A stretch of DNA of 64,000 nucleotides from Eledone cirrhosa (GCA_964016885.1 OZ024741.1:354640001-354704000), one strand, 5' to 3'; counted from the stretch's first letter, positions 14,173 to 28,315 are shown. Notes: generated by a model not told the origin, from the letters alone. Numbers and translations are program-made.

Positions 14173-14345
14173 CTGTTCGACCTCCGTCGGTTTCGACGAT
14201 GAGTTCTCCAGCTGTTTGATTAACGGAACAGCCTGCTCATGAAATTAACGTGTTAGTAGTTTAGTTTTCCACAAGCACATTTATCCTTAACGTACATCTC
14301 AGGGATATTCTGCGTGATACAGTGGGGACAAAGCTGGCCCTTTGA
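13105..14345. repeat. three decayed copies of an interspersed repeat/SINE 3' module (13105-13260 -, 13810-13935 +, 14180-14345 +)
   Basis: shared aacggaacagcctgctc.tgaaattaacgtg..ccttaacgta..gtgacacag..ggccctttgaa. Confidence 0.55.
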
Positions 14346-14499
14346 AGGCATCGCTTGATATGTGACATTTTTTGCGATGCATGGTATTGCTGGCAAAAGG
14401 CAAGTCCCTAGCAGGACTAAAAAGCCACGTCCGTGATGCTCATGCAGCCATCATCATGTATGTATACATGTAGGTATGTATCATTCATCTTTCTTCTAT

Positions 14500-14745
14500 C
14501 TTCAACCTGTTCTAGCGGACTGACTTACACCATGGTGGGGCATTATCTTTGTTGCATCGTAGCTACATTTTCTATAGCCGTCCTTCTTTGGCTGACTATT
14601 GATGCACGAGGTAGTTTGATACTGCTGACCACAGTTTTGCTTCTTGGCGTGTTGTGTGCTCATCTGAGATCCTAGCAGAGTGTTGAGATGCTTCCTGAAG
14701 ACATCTACATCGACCCTATATAGATCTCTGTTTTTTAGCAACATA
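14500..14745 (-). mobile_element. CR1/Jockey-like LINE 3' fragment
   Basis: minus-strand RDLYRVDVDVFRKHLNTLL..PDE-like motif. Confidence 0.4.
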
Positions 14746-16208
14746 TATTTTGCGTGTAAAAAAAAACCCCAAACTTTGTAATTTAAATACAATTGCCGAC
14801 AATATTGTTTGCCTTTCATACTTTCGGGGTCGTTAAAATGAATTACTTGTCAAGCATTGTGGTCGATATAATCGACTTCCCCCAATAACCCCAAATTGCT
14901 GGCCTTGTGCCAATGTCAGAAATAATTATTCTTTGTTCATCCATTAAATTACCTGGCGTAAACCTGTAAATTATTCACTGAGTATACATTGAATAATTTA
15001 CAGTTGGTGCTTAGATTTGGATTATAATAGGACAAAGAAAAAAAGAAAAAACGAAAATCATTAAAAATACTTTTACATATCTTGAAAAGGTGAAATATTA
15101 CTACATTTTTTTTTCTATTTTATTATTATGTATTATTTTATATATGACATAAATTGTGTAGATTCAGTAATTTTGAATAGAAAAAAAAATCTTATTACTT
15201 TTTTAATATTTTTATATAACATTTGATATACAATTGCCCATAAAATATACTGTTGATCTCATGAAAATGGGTTTACGTGAAAATCAAGAAAAAACAAACT
15301 ATAATCTTTCAAACAAAAATGGAAGGGTGCGGCCTAGTGTTTATGGTGTTGGACTCACAACCATAAGGTCGTTGGTTCGATTTCTAGTCCGGGCGGAGCG
15401 TTGTTTCCTTCGGTAAGAATTTTATTTTACGTTGTTCCGGTTTACCCAGCTAGGAGGAAAATGAGTACCAGATGTAGCTAGGGGTTAACCTTGCAACTGA
15501 CTGGCATAAAGTCACTGACGGACGGGCTCTATCCTCTGGCCATAGATGTTCGGCCTCCTGTTTTTTACACCTACAAGGATTTTTTTCAACACGCTGATGT
15601 GTATGTGTTCGTGTGTGCATGTGTATATGCATACATTTATATGTATGAGTATATAAATATAAACGAGCACAGACACACTTACAAAAATACACACTCACAG
15701 ACATACATTCACATAAAACACACATACATTCACACAAACGCACACACGCATACATTTACATAAACACACACATGCACATACACTCACACATGTAGCAAAT
15801 GGAATGTCAACTGGTGTTTTGCTATAGATTTTCACCATCCCTTTCCTTCCTTTTACACACACTACACAAACACACGAACATATACATCGTATGACGGACG
15901 GAAGTCACTCCAATTTATACAGAGATTAGAATAGCCTCTCAGCAAGGAGCTGGTTGACCTTGTGTTGCCTCTACTCAGACACTCCCACCACGCATTTCTC
16001 TCCTCATCTCATCACTGATATTGTGTCTAACGGCTAATCATTCCTACTCAAAACGACGTCCCACCTTGCACATGTCAGGAGTCAATCTGCAAACAATTTC
16101 AACTGAACATCAACAGTATCAATCTTATTGATCTCGGAGTACCCGCAAAGGTCATGGGTACAGCCACTTCCTCCAGATCTAGGATATATATATCTATATA
16201 TATATCTG

Positions 16209-16258
<50 letters not shown>

Positions 16259-16689
16259 ACACACAACCAAATTACTTTTTTTTAAAAATGACAATAACAT
16301 GTGATCATCGTAACTGTCCTGTTATCTTGCTTTTGTTTGTCATTGGACACATAGCTGGAATGGGTGCTATGTGTAGTGCATAAGCACGTAGCATTGCCAT
16401 CTTTATGTGGAGATATTTCTTCACAAGGCCCACGGCGATGGAGGCGTGGTAACGTGTGTAGACTCGACCGGTTAGAAGTACATAGTCGCAACTATACACG
16501 CGGACGACTCGACTCTTACCCTAACGTCGCTGCATTGTTTACCTGAACAGCAACATACTTCGGTGGATTCTTGAGCGTTTGAGAAAAGGTGATCTAAACA
16601 AAACATGTTCAGATGACCAAAGCAAAGCCAGCAGCTTGCAGTTGGCGGTGGTTCATAATAGCAGGGCAAAAAACAAGATATACTATAAC

Positions 16690-19150
16690 AAAAAGTACAA
16701 TGAATATCGGTACTTGGAACATAAGAACACTTCTTGACTGCAGGTGTCCGGTAATCCTGAACGTCGAACTAATTTGATAGCAAAGGAATTGGCTCGGAAA
16801 TTGGCATGGGATCGGTTTAAGACCGTGGTCTACAACGCTAATGTTGAAGTTCTAGGTCTCAGGAAAAAAAAAACATCGGGACTGGTTTAATGAAAAGGAT
16901 TTACAGATCAACTAGCTATTGAAGGTAAAAAAATGATGCTCACCAAAAGTTTTTGAGTGCTTCAGATAAAGACCGTTCTGCCTTGCTTCGGTCCTTGAAG
17001 GATGCAAAATCTTTGCTCCAGCATGGAGTCCGTCAGATAAAAAATATCTGGTGGTCAGATATTTCAATGCAGATTCAAAGTGTCTATGATCGAAAGGACT
17101 CCAATATATTGTGCCACCTGATCAATCAGGCCTTTGGCCCTCAATCCGCGTCAATGGTACCACTCAGGTCCAAGGACGGGTCTGTCTTTTCAGAGACTCG
17201 GATAATATAATGGAACGCTGGAGCGAGCATTTTATTGATCTCTTTTATAATCCATCGGAGTTTAATGCAGATATCATCAATAACTTGCCTCAATTGATAT
17301 AATTCATAAGATGTCAGATGATCCTACTCTTGCAGAGGTCCAACAGAGAGATTAACACTGGGAAGGCACCGGGTCTTGATGGTATTTCTGTCGAGGTGTT
17401 GCTTCATGGAGGTCACAAAATTACTGTGGAGATTTAACATTTGATTTCTGATATTTGGTCGGGTACTCCTGTTCCTCAAGACTGGATTGATGCGACCCCT
17501 GTTTCCTTGATCAAGAGAAAAGAGTCAAAGTCGATGTGTGGCAACTATCGGTGAATAAACCTTGTTTGAGCAGTGGGTAAAGATTTTGCAAAACTTCTCT
17601 TTAATAGACTTACCAAGTGGATTTTCTCTCGAGTAATTCCGGAGACAATGTGGCTTTAGGTCGGGCAAGGGCACAATGGACATGATCTTCTCAGCTCACC
17701 AGCTGCATGAGTAATGTCTAGAACATCGCATGGCTTTGTAACAGGGTTTTGTTGACCTCAAAGCTTTTGACTCCGTGAATAGGGATGTCCTGGTAAAGTT
17801 GGATGCCCTCCGGGTTTTGTGAGATTGTTCAAACAGCTACATCGAGGTACCAAAGAGAGGCTTAACTTCAATGGTTCTTTGTCTGAATCCATATCCATCG
17901 ACAATGGAGTTAAGTAAGGGAACATCCCAGCACCAACTCTGTTCCCGATCTTCTTTGCCGTCACTCTCACGTATGCGTTTCAGAATTGCGATGTCGGTGT
18001 GTATCTGCATTTCAGGACCACGGGTAAGGTTTTAAATTTGACAGGATTTGGGGCCAAATTAAAGATTTTCCAGTCTGTCATCAGAGATTTTCTCTATGCT
18101 CACGATGCAGACCTTGTTGTTCATATTGAGGAGGACATGCAGGCAATCATGGACCTGGGGCATGTACTGCTTTCGGGTTTACTATCAGCACAGAAAAGAC
18201 CAAGGTCCTGTACATACCACCTCCTGAGCAACATTATGCCGTGCCCAACATCTTTGTTCAGGGCCAGAGGTTGAAGGTTGTTAATACATTTGTCTACTTT
18301 GGTAGTGCTCTCTCCAGAGATGGTTCATTGGACTCCGAAATCGAACTAAGGAGCGAAAAAGCCAGCAAAGTATTTGGTAGGTTAGAGAGATGGGTCTGGT
18401 CGGGCAGAGGCATCTCGTTAGGCACTAAGGTAAGTGTATACCAATCCTGTGTCCTAACTGCTATCTTATACTCTTCTGAGACTTGGACCACATACCAACA
18501 TTATATTAAGACAGAAAGATTCCACCAAAATGCCAACAAGTGGCAGTCGTTTACTCCTGACACTGTTGTTCTGCTGCGGGCCAGTACATCCAGCTTATAA
18601 AACTACTCATTCGGAACCAACTGTGTTGGGCAGGGCATTTAAGGTGGATAGGAGATGAGAGGTTGCCTAAGCGAATTTGGTATGGGGAGTTAACTCTTGC
18701 TAAACATCCTTGATACAAACCCAAGAAACGTTTTACGGATGTTGTCAAAGGCAGCCTGAAGACACTTGGTATTAATGTTAAGGATTGGGAAGACGAGGCA
18801 GAGAGTAGCTCTGGTTTATGAAGGTTGTAATTGTTTAAGACCAAAAGGATGGAACATTCAGTGTTTAAAAGAGCACCCAGGAAAGGTAATGTAGACAAAG
18901 TCCCAGAGGATATCGTGCCGGGTTTACTAATAATTTAAGAGCTTACAGCAATCAGCAGTTGGTGTCCTAACTGAAAGGCCTGCGGCGTATTTGTGTCGGT
19001 TTTGTAACAAAGCCCGTAGGTCTGCTGCTGAACTCAAGTGGCACATGAGAGTGCATAAGGAGGAAGTTACGTTCAGAACTGTCCGGGGGCCTCGTGTGTC
19101 TCACATCTGTAACACAGTATGGAGGAACAAGGCAGGTTTGCGGAGTCAAG
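16690..19150 (+). mobile_element. degenerate RTE (BovB-like) LINE: truncated APE, RT and C-terminal zinc knuckle
   Basis: MNIGTWNIRTLLD..PERRTNLIAKELAR, KHRDWF, GKAPGLDGI, CGFRSGKGTMDMIFS, FVDL.KAFDSVNR, DFLYAHDADL, ILYSSETWT, KPKKRFTDVVK, CRFCNK..HMRVH; large APE deletion, stops and frameshifts. Confidence 0.9.
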
Positions 19151-19239
19151 TGACAGATATCTATATATGTGTGTGTGTGTGTATGTGTGTATAGATGTAT
19201 ATATATATATATATATATAAATATATATATGTGTGTGTG

Positions 19240-19273
<34 letters not shown>

Positions 19274-20327
19274 CTAGCAGAGGTACCCGGCGTTGCTCGG
19301 GTATTAAATAGCAGTTGTGTATACCATTTATGTCAATACTTCAGTGCTGCTTCGAAAACTAGACTTTTACAAAATCATCGGCTTTTTCCAAAAGAGGGTT
19401 CCTGCCCCCAGGTGTCCTCTACCCAATATGTGCCAATTCTGAGAGTTCACATTCATCTGTAGGACAAACGTAGCCCATGTGTCAAGTTTTGGGAAAATCG
19501 GTTGCGAACTCCAGAAGTTATGACGTTTTGTTGCATTGCACTGCAGTGCTTCTGTCGACTCCAAGAAAGTGGTTAAAGGGGTTATCTGCCGGGAGGCCCT
19601 ATAATCAATATCTGGAAAAATGAAAGTGCCCATGACCATCCGGAGTACATAAGTAACTTATGTCTTAAGTTTGGTGAAAATACTGTAGAAATGCATAAGG
19701 TTTATACATACGCGTGCATGCGTGCGTGTGTGTGTGTTTATGGGTGTGTATGTATTTGTGTGTCCGTCGGGGCATACGTATGTACTGGCCTAAATCTTCA
19801 CTATTTACTTTTACTATTTTAATAACCTCTGTCATTTTCGTTTTCAATTTTATTTACATCATTCTTAAACTCCGGGGCTGGAAATCATTCTGTTATTTTA
19901 AATAGAATATCAGTCTAACGACTCCATTTACACCATAAACTTGGTCTTGTCTTTGCATGAAATTGTTCTTCACGCTCTACATAACGACGTATTATCCTCG
20001 CTTTTCCCCCGTTCATTGCCAGGGAACGTCTTCACGAACCAAAATATCGTCTTCCTGTTTTCGTTCGCTTGCAAGGTTTCGCGAAATATTTACTTCTGCG
20101 TTCACAGATTACTCTCAGTTCAATTTGAATGGGAAATTCCTGTTTCATCAATTTTCTTCGTAACCATGGAAGCTTGTAGCTTGAAAGTCGACCCAACGTC
20201 TCCTCGGGTCATTATGCATAACTGTGTAAATTTTCGCTGCATTCCACCAAGCCATTTCGACGTTTATCCGACTACACCTACTTACTTAAATATACAACGT
20301 CTGACCACTTCCAATTTATATAGTAGA
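19274..20327 (-). mobile_element. non-autonomous Helitron, full length
   Basis: minus strand starts TCTACTATATAAATTGG (20327) and ends with hairpin cccgagcaacgccggg..CTAG (19274); inverted near-copy at 27229-28315. Confidence 0.85.
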
Positions 20328-21010
<683 letters not shown>

Positions 21011-21659
21011 TATATATGTATATAAATATATATGTATCTGTTAGACACGAAGTGACTAACAAGATATTTAAGTCACTTTAGTGTTCTAACATATATGTGT
21101 AGATCGTCAATTTTTTTTCAAGGTCTGACCGTGGCCGTGGTGATTACGTGCCATTGGCTAATTTTCAACAAATCAGAGTAAGTGTTGCTCAAAAGCATCG
21201 GCCATATTTTTTTGTTTGTTTTCCTAGTTCATTTATTTTTGTTATTTCGTCGTTATATGATTTAAAAAAAATTATATTAACTATTTTAAAAACAAATGTA
21301 ATATATTGACGTTAGGTTAGGGTTAGGCGGTCAATAGATAAGATGAAAGTCTATCGTAAAAGTTTGTACAAATATTTTTTAATTTATCGTTTGTACAAAA
21401 CGATTCTAAATTTTTGTTTGTAAAAAATGTTTAAACACTTCAAAATAGCGTATATGTTCTGTAATGTCCCATTTTTGTGCGCCCTTGTGCCAAATAAAGA
21501 AATATATCTTTGTATCTTGTTCCTCTTTATATATTGCAATCGAGTATAGGCAGAGTTCCGATTGTAATACAAACTGCATTTTGTTTGTAAATATTTGTAA
21601 AAATAATTTTTCTAAAAACATTGTAAAAATTTGTGTCACACGCGTCTGTCCGACTGGAA

Positions 21660-22117
21660 ACACGTGCGTAGAGAGAGAGTGAGAGTGAAAGAAAGAGACA
21701 GACTACGAGAGGGGGATAGCGAGAGGGAGAGAGAGAGAGTGAATAGACGCTAAAACACGTGCTACAGAAACATTACCTTCCCCTCTCCACTGACTTTGGT
21801 CACTGAGGCCGAGGGAATCGCGCTGAGCGCGTCATAATGACGTAATGCAGACAGTCAGACATACAGACAGATATTATAAGGGCGCAACGTTATATCTATG
21901 TATCTATCTAAAAAAAAAGACTAAGAATTATATAGAGAGAACGCTAAATCGCCTAAATCGGTCCCTAGGGCATTGAAAATTTGAAATAATTTTTGCTCAA
22001 AACACTCACAGGACCATAAGTATTACACGTCTAAAGTTTGAAAACAATCGGTTGGATGGTTCTCAAGTTTTAGTGAGCTGACAGACAGACAGACATTCTC
22101 TGTTTTAGATATATAGA
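21660..22117 (-). mobile_element. Helitron-like element 5' part (family of 4518-5080)
   Basis: minus strand begins TCTATATATCTAAAACAGAGAATGTCTGTCTGTC; homologous to 4820-5040. Confidence 0.6.
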
Positions 22118-23241
22118 CTAGCAGAACCCCCCCCCCAGGTGGTTTTCTGCTAGTATATATATATATAAAACTGAGGTTGTCTGTCTCTCTACTAAAACGG
22201 TCGCCACACATCTAAACTTATAGATTAAGCTTATTCCCCTTTAATGCAACGTGAGCAGACGATAAATTATTGAAAAGGCGCAAATTTTCACTATTACACA
22301 TTTGCATTATTGTCAGTATTAACTTTGCCTTTCATCCTTACGGGGTCGATAAAATAAAGTACCAGTAATACACTGTCACTATAAGTAGATGCCCATTCAC
22401 AAACAGTATTGAAAATATGTTCTTCGACAAATAAAAATGTTTTGTTCATACTATTTCGACTAGCGCTTGTTGTTCTACTCCACGCACGACCACCACAAAT
22501 TGGTGACCAGCTCAACACAAGTATTGGTAGAGCGTCAGACATCATGCTTTGCAGCATTGTTATGGCCCTTTGCGTTCTAAGTTCAAATCCCGCCGAGGTT
22601 AACTTTGTCTTTCATCCTTACCAGTTCGATAAAATAAAGTACCAGTAATGGACTGCGGTAATGACTTTGTGCCGAAAACTAGAAACACTATTAATGTGCA
22701 ATAAGAGCAAAATCTCACGACATTGCTCAATTATTTTATCTAATGTTGCAACAATACAGGGAAATGTAGTTTGTGTATTTTTTTAAAATATGTGCTCATA
22801 GGCTTTTCCAATTTCGCTCAGCCAACAACTATTAAAAAGAGAGTTGCTTAAGATAACAATGTAATCACAAATTGTTATCTTTTAATACACTCCAAAAGTC
22901 ATCAAACTATGTGCAATAAGAATAAATCTCATTAATTTGCTCGGGGAATAAAGAAAATTTATATAGACTGATAATTGCAATTGTATGTAAATATTTTATT
23001 TTTATATTGTTTATTTATTTTGTTTTCTATTATGTATAATATATTGATTTAATATTGATTGTTTTTTTGTTGTTGTTTATATTAAAAGTCTGAAAATATT
23101 TTTATACATCTTACACTAATATTTATAAGATCATTTATAATAACAATTATATAATCTAATTACATTACAACGATAATTTATTATTAATATATATCATGTT
23201 TAACTAGAGTTATTACAAGCGTTGCCTTAAAAAAATATTAA

Positions 23242-23713
23242 ACTAGACATGAAAAATGCGCAAGCTCAAAAGAGCCACAGAATGTTATAATAAACCTTCA
23301 AAAGTGTGGGACTAAGAGTTGTTACTCAAAAATATTGTAATCATTATCTATCGTACATTGTGGCATCCTTTATAAAAATATCACAATAAATACATCTATG
23401 TTTAATGTAATAACAGCTATAAATAATTACGTAATATTATTAAACATAGATGGTTAACTTTGCCTTTCATCCTTACGGGGTCGATAAAATAAAGTACCAG
23501 TAATGCACTGGGTAATTGCTGGCCTTGTGCCAAAAGTAGAAACAATTATTAAACATAGATGTATTTATTGTGATATTTTTATAAAGGATGCCACAGATTG
23601 TACGATAGATAATGATTACAATATTTTTGAGTAACAACTCTAGTCCCACACTTTTGAAGGTTTATTATAACATTCTGTGGCTCTTTTGAGTTTGCGCATT
23701 TTTCATGTCTAGT
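23242..23713. repeat. inverted repeat (about 165-bp arms) with a truncated SINE in the spacer
   Basis: 23242-23406 is the near-exact reverse complement of 23548-23713; SINE 23453-23544 has TSD attattaaacatagatg. Confidence 0.9.
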
Positions 23714-23746
23714 AGATATATATCTATATATATATATATATAAGTA

Positions 23747-23776
<30 letters not shown>

Positions 23777-23777
<1 letters not shown>

Positions 23778-24847
23778 TGTTATACTTGGGGAGGGTCATA
23801 TTTGTGTAATATTGCCAGAATTAATAACAGAACACACTCACTGTTTGGTTGGTTTTCGCTTCTCGCTGTCTTTTATATCTGCGATCTAACTTAATCGGTC
23901 CTCAATGTTGCCATTGACTGACCGACGGTCAAAAATAATACAGATACAATATAGACACAAACACATATATATAGTTTACATAATTTACATAAATCTTTCG
24001 TTGCACATCTGCAACATCGTCAGTGGTGTTATATTTTTTCCTCCTGTTGTGTTGTATGTCTACGCCATTTTTTATTCAGTCTGTCTATATATTTATTTAT
24101 TTATTTATTTGCTTGTTTGTTTATTTTATTTTGTCTTCTTTGCGCATGCGTTTGCGTGTGTGTACAGTGTTGTGTGTGCTGTGTGACTAGTGTGTATAGT
24201 GTTGTGTCTGCTGGGTGACTAGTGTGTGTTTATGTGCTTGTTGTTATTGTGCTTGTGTATGTATTTATTTATCTTATTTTATTTTATTTTATTTATTTAC
24301 TTATTTATACTTCTCTTAGGTCAGTGTTGTTTGTTTGGGTGTTGTTGTTGTTCCACTCATTCTTTCTGTTTAGCTTTGGTCTTCTAATTTCTATTTCACT
24401 GGCCTCTCTGATTTGCCTATCTGCTGGGTCATTCCTATGTTTAGATATTATTCTAATTTCTATGTTGTCTATGTTACCGTCATGTTGTTGTCTAGCATGT
24501 TCGTATAGTACTGACCCGTTTTTATAAATAAATATATAGACAGACTGAATAAAAAATGGCGTAGACATACAACACAACAGGAGGAAAAAATATAACACCA
24601 CTGACGATGTTGCAGATGTGCAACGAAAGATTTATGTAAATTATGTAAACTATATATATGTGTTTGTGTCTATATTGTATCTGTATTATTTTTGACCGTC
24701 GGTCAGTCAATGGCAACATTGAGGACCGATTAAGTTAGATCGCAGATATAAAAGACAGCGAGAAGCGAAAACCAACCAAACAGTGAGTGTGTTCTGTTAT
24801 TAATTCTGGCAATATTACACAAATATGACCCTCCCCAAGTATAACAA
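23777..24847 (-). mobile_element. 5'-truncated Penelope-like element with inverted pseudo-LTR
   Basis: 324-bp arms 23777-24100/24524-24847; between them minus-strand GIY-YIG C-terminus SVLYEHARQQHDG..RQIREASEIEIRRPKLNRKNEWN; the same terminus recurs at 6520-6640 and 12849-12965. Confidence 0.85.
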
Positions 24848-24888
24848 TATTTGTTTCGACACACGATTTCATATAAAAAACCTCGCTA

Positions 24889-24952
<64 letters not shown>

Positions 24953-25022
24953 CTTAGAGTTTAGACTCAAAGAGGTCATTTACAATCATTTCAGCTCTAG
25001 GAATCGCTTCTGAGCAGTATAA

Positions 25023-25662
25023 ATTAATATTTGATGAACATTTACATGTTGTAGTTGCAATTGACTAATAAGATCGCTAGAGTGAAAAATCTTAATTCAA
25101 CAACATAAGGTCTGCCTGTACGATCTAGAAAATAATAAATCAATACTCACAGACTCATATGGGCAAAAAGCCTTGGTACCTAGACACGTTTAAAATTCAA
25201 AATACAAACTTTTTCCGCAGATCGGTCAGAACTTCAAACTTCAAACATGTTTCACAAAGGATGGTATAATAGTAAAATAATTAACTAATTAGCAGTGAGT
25301 TAATCAACTTTTTCTGTGTTTATCAATGTGTTTATTTTTATTTTTATCTGGGTACCTATTGATAAACACAGAAAAAGTTGATTAACTCACTGCTAATTAG
25401 TTAATTATTTTACTATTATACCATCCTTTGTGAAACATGTTTGAAGTTTGAAGTTCTGACCGATCTGCGGAAAAAGTTTGTATTTTGAATTTTAAACGTG
25501 TCTAGGTACCAAGGCTTTTTGCCCATATGAGTCTGTGAGTATTGATTTATTATTTTCTAGATCGTACAGGCAGACCTTATGTTGTTGAATTAAGATTTTT
25601 CACTCTAGCGATCTTATTAGTCAATTGCAATTATAACATGTAAATGTTCATCAAATATTAAT
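25023..25662. repeat. fold-back inverted repeat, 305-bp arms, 30-bp spacer
   Basis: 25023-25327 versus 25358-25662, about 2 mismatches seen. Confidence 0.9.
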
Positions 25663-25679
25663 ATATATATATATATATA

Positions 25680-26246
25680 TTTATTAAAATAACAGATTAA
25701 AGTTTAAGCAAAGAATCGCTGCTTCCACCCTTAACGGGATCTTCTGAAACTAACATAGTCAATGTATAAACGCAGAACCGGATATTTCAAAAAACGTTGC
25801 AACCGGAAGAAGACAGGAAGACGATACTTTGGTTCGTGGTAACGTTCGCTGGCAAAGAACGGGAAAAAACGAATAATACGTCATTAATAGGAGCGGTGAA
25901 AAACAATTACGCGCAAAGACAGAACCACGTTTATGGTATGAAAGAGGTCGTAGACTAATGTTCTCTTAGGTGGTGCATAGAGACGTTCTCTGGCAATGAA
26001 CGAAAAAACGTTATCGTCTTCCTGTCTTCCTCCGGTTGCAACGTTTTTTGAAATATCCAGTTCTGCGTTTACAGATTGACTTTGTTAGTTTCAGAAGATC
26101 CCGTTAAGGGTGAAAGCAGCGATTCTTTGCTTAAACTTTAATCTGTTATTTTAATAAATATTTGCTCTACGGTTCTTATATATTTGATATATATTTTCCT
26201 TATCGAGCCCTCTTTGGATTTTAGTCTTCAATTTTATTATTATTAC
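25680..26246. mobile_element. non-coding fold-back derivative of the PLE at 39187-41420
   Basis: two opposed pLTR pieces (25680-26010 and 26012-26246) matching 39187-39625 and 41187-41420. Confidence 0.8.
26087..26137 (+). ncRNA. type I hammerhead-like motif with variant core CAGAAGA
   Basis: agttt-CAGAAGA-tccc gttaa gggt-GAAA-gca..tgc-TT-aaact; also 39208-39258 (-), 41262-41312 (+), 25701-25751 (-, GGAA). Confidence 0.55.
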
Positions 26247-26258
26247 TATATATATATA

Positions 26259-27128
26259 CTAGCAGTAAAGCCCGGCGTTGCTCGGGGTCGCTCAGTAGCT
26301 GTGTTAAAGTTACAATGTTAAGTTTCTTTTTTGGCTTAAAGTCTGTCTGCACGACTGTTTGTCTGCACGCCTAACGAAATTTACAGATACATATATTTTA
26401 AATAAACTTATATAATTTTTGCTTTTTTTTACGAAATATTTGCTTGTTTTACGTAGTCTTTAAATAGACTTGTTTTCAAGTAAAAATATTGTTTTAAAAG
26501 GCTTTTAAATGGAAATGAAGCAAAACGGAAGCTTAGTGTTCGAACTGATGAATTTTGCAGGTCAAAATTTTGCTGGCTCGACAACTGTTCGTGTATTGTG
26601 TTAATGTCATTTTAAACGCTGAGAAAGCCAGCGTAATTTTTTTAATTTTTGCACGCAGAAAATGTAAACAGAACGGAACGTAAGACGCTCAATGTAAACA
26701 GAACAAAGGGAAATAACTCGTCACTTACGCTCAAAAATCGATACATTAGATTCGATTTCGTCACATAGGGTGGGTCAATTTGAAATTTTTTTTTCCGATG
26801 TCTTCGCTAGGGCTCAATGTACAAGTATAGCAATTTCGGTGCAATTCCGTCAGAGATTCTAAGAGGAGATGTGTGCCAAAAATCGATAGACAGACAGACA
26901 ACCACAGCTTTATATATATAGAACAAAGGGAAATAACTCGTCACTTACGCTCAAAAATCTATACATTAGATTCGATTTCGTCACATAGGGTGGGTCAATT
27001 TGAAATATTTTTTTTCCGATGTCTTCGCTAGGGCTCAATGTACAAGTATAGCAATTTCGGTGCAATTCCGTCAGAGATTCTAAGAGGAGATGTGTGCCAA
27101 AAATCGATAGACAGACAGACAACCACAG

Positions 27129-27140
<12 letters not shown>
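26259..27140 (-). mobile_element. non-autonomous Helitron (26259-26922) plus tandem duplication of its 5' 220 bp
   Basis: 3' hairpin cccgagcaacgccggg..CTAG at 26259; 5' TCTATATATATAAAGCTGTGGTTGTCTGTC at 26922; 26701-26920 repeated at 26921-27140. Confidence 0.8.
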
Positions 27141-27169
<29 letters not shown>

Positions 27170-27228
27170 TGTATATATATATGTGTATAGTTTTGTAGTT
27201 TTCTTTTTGTCATTCATATATGAACAAA

Positions 27229-28315
27229 TCTACTATATAAATTGGAAGTGGTCGGACGTTATATATGTAGGTGTAGTCGGATAAACGTCGAAACGGCTTG
27301 TTGGAATGCAGCGAAAATTTACACAGTTATGCAGAATGACCCGAGGAGGCGTTGGGTCGACTTTCAAGCTACAAGCTTCCATGGTTATGAAGAAAATCGA
27401 TGAAACAGGAATTTCCCATTCAAATTGAACTGAGAGTAATCTGTGAACGCAGAAGTAAATATTTCGAGAAACGTTGCAACCGAACAAAAACAGGATTTTG
27501 GTTCGGGAAGACGTTCCCTGGCAATGAACGGGAAAAAAGCGAGGATAATATGTCGTTATGTGGAGCATGTAGAAGAATTTCATGCAAAGACAAGACCAAG
27601 TTTATGGTATAAATGGAGTCGTTAGACTAATATTCTATTTAAAATAACAGAATGATTTCCAGCCCCGGAGTTTAAGAATGATGTAAATAAAATTGAAAAC
27701 GAAAATGACAGAGGTTATTAAAATAGTAAAAGTAAATAGTGAAGATTTAGGCCAGTACATACGTATGCCCCGACGGACATACACATACATACGCGCACAC
27801 AAATACATACCCCCCCCCCGCCACACCCACACACACACACACAGACACACACCCACACACACACGAACGCACGCGCGTATGTATAAACCTTATGCATTTC
27901 TACAGTATTTTCACCAAACTTAAGACATAGGTTACTTATGTACTCCGGATGGTCATGGCAACTTTCATTTTTCCAGATATTGATTATAGGGCCTCCCGGC
28001 AGATAACCCCCTTTAACCACTTCCTTGGAGTCGACTGAAGCACTGCAGTGCAATGCAACAAAACGTCATAGTTTCTGGAGTTCGCAACCGATTTTCACAA
28101 AACTAGACACATGGGCTACGTTTGTCCTACAGATGAATGTGAACTCTCAGAATTGGCACATATTGGGTAGGGGACCCCTGGGGTCGGGAACCCCCTTTTG
28201 GAAAAAGCCGATGATTTTGTAAAAGTATAGTTTTCGAAGTAGCACTGAAGTATTGACATAAATGGTATACACAACTGTTATTTAATATCCGAGCAACGCC
28301 GGGTACCTCTGCTAG
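27229..28315 (+). mobile_element. non-autonomous Helitron, full length
   Basis: A|TCTACTATATAAA start, terminal hairpin ccgagcaacgccgg, CTAG|T end: canonical A/T insertion without TSD. Confidence 0.88.

Noticed and set aside
21310-21328. Telomere-like ttaggttagggttagg
   Set aside because: Only about three units; common inside DNA-transposon relics
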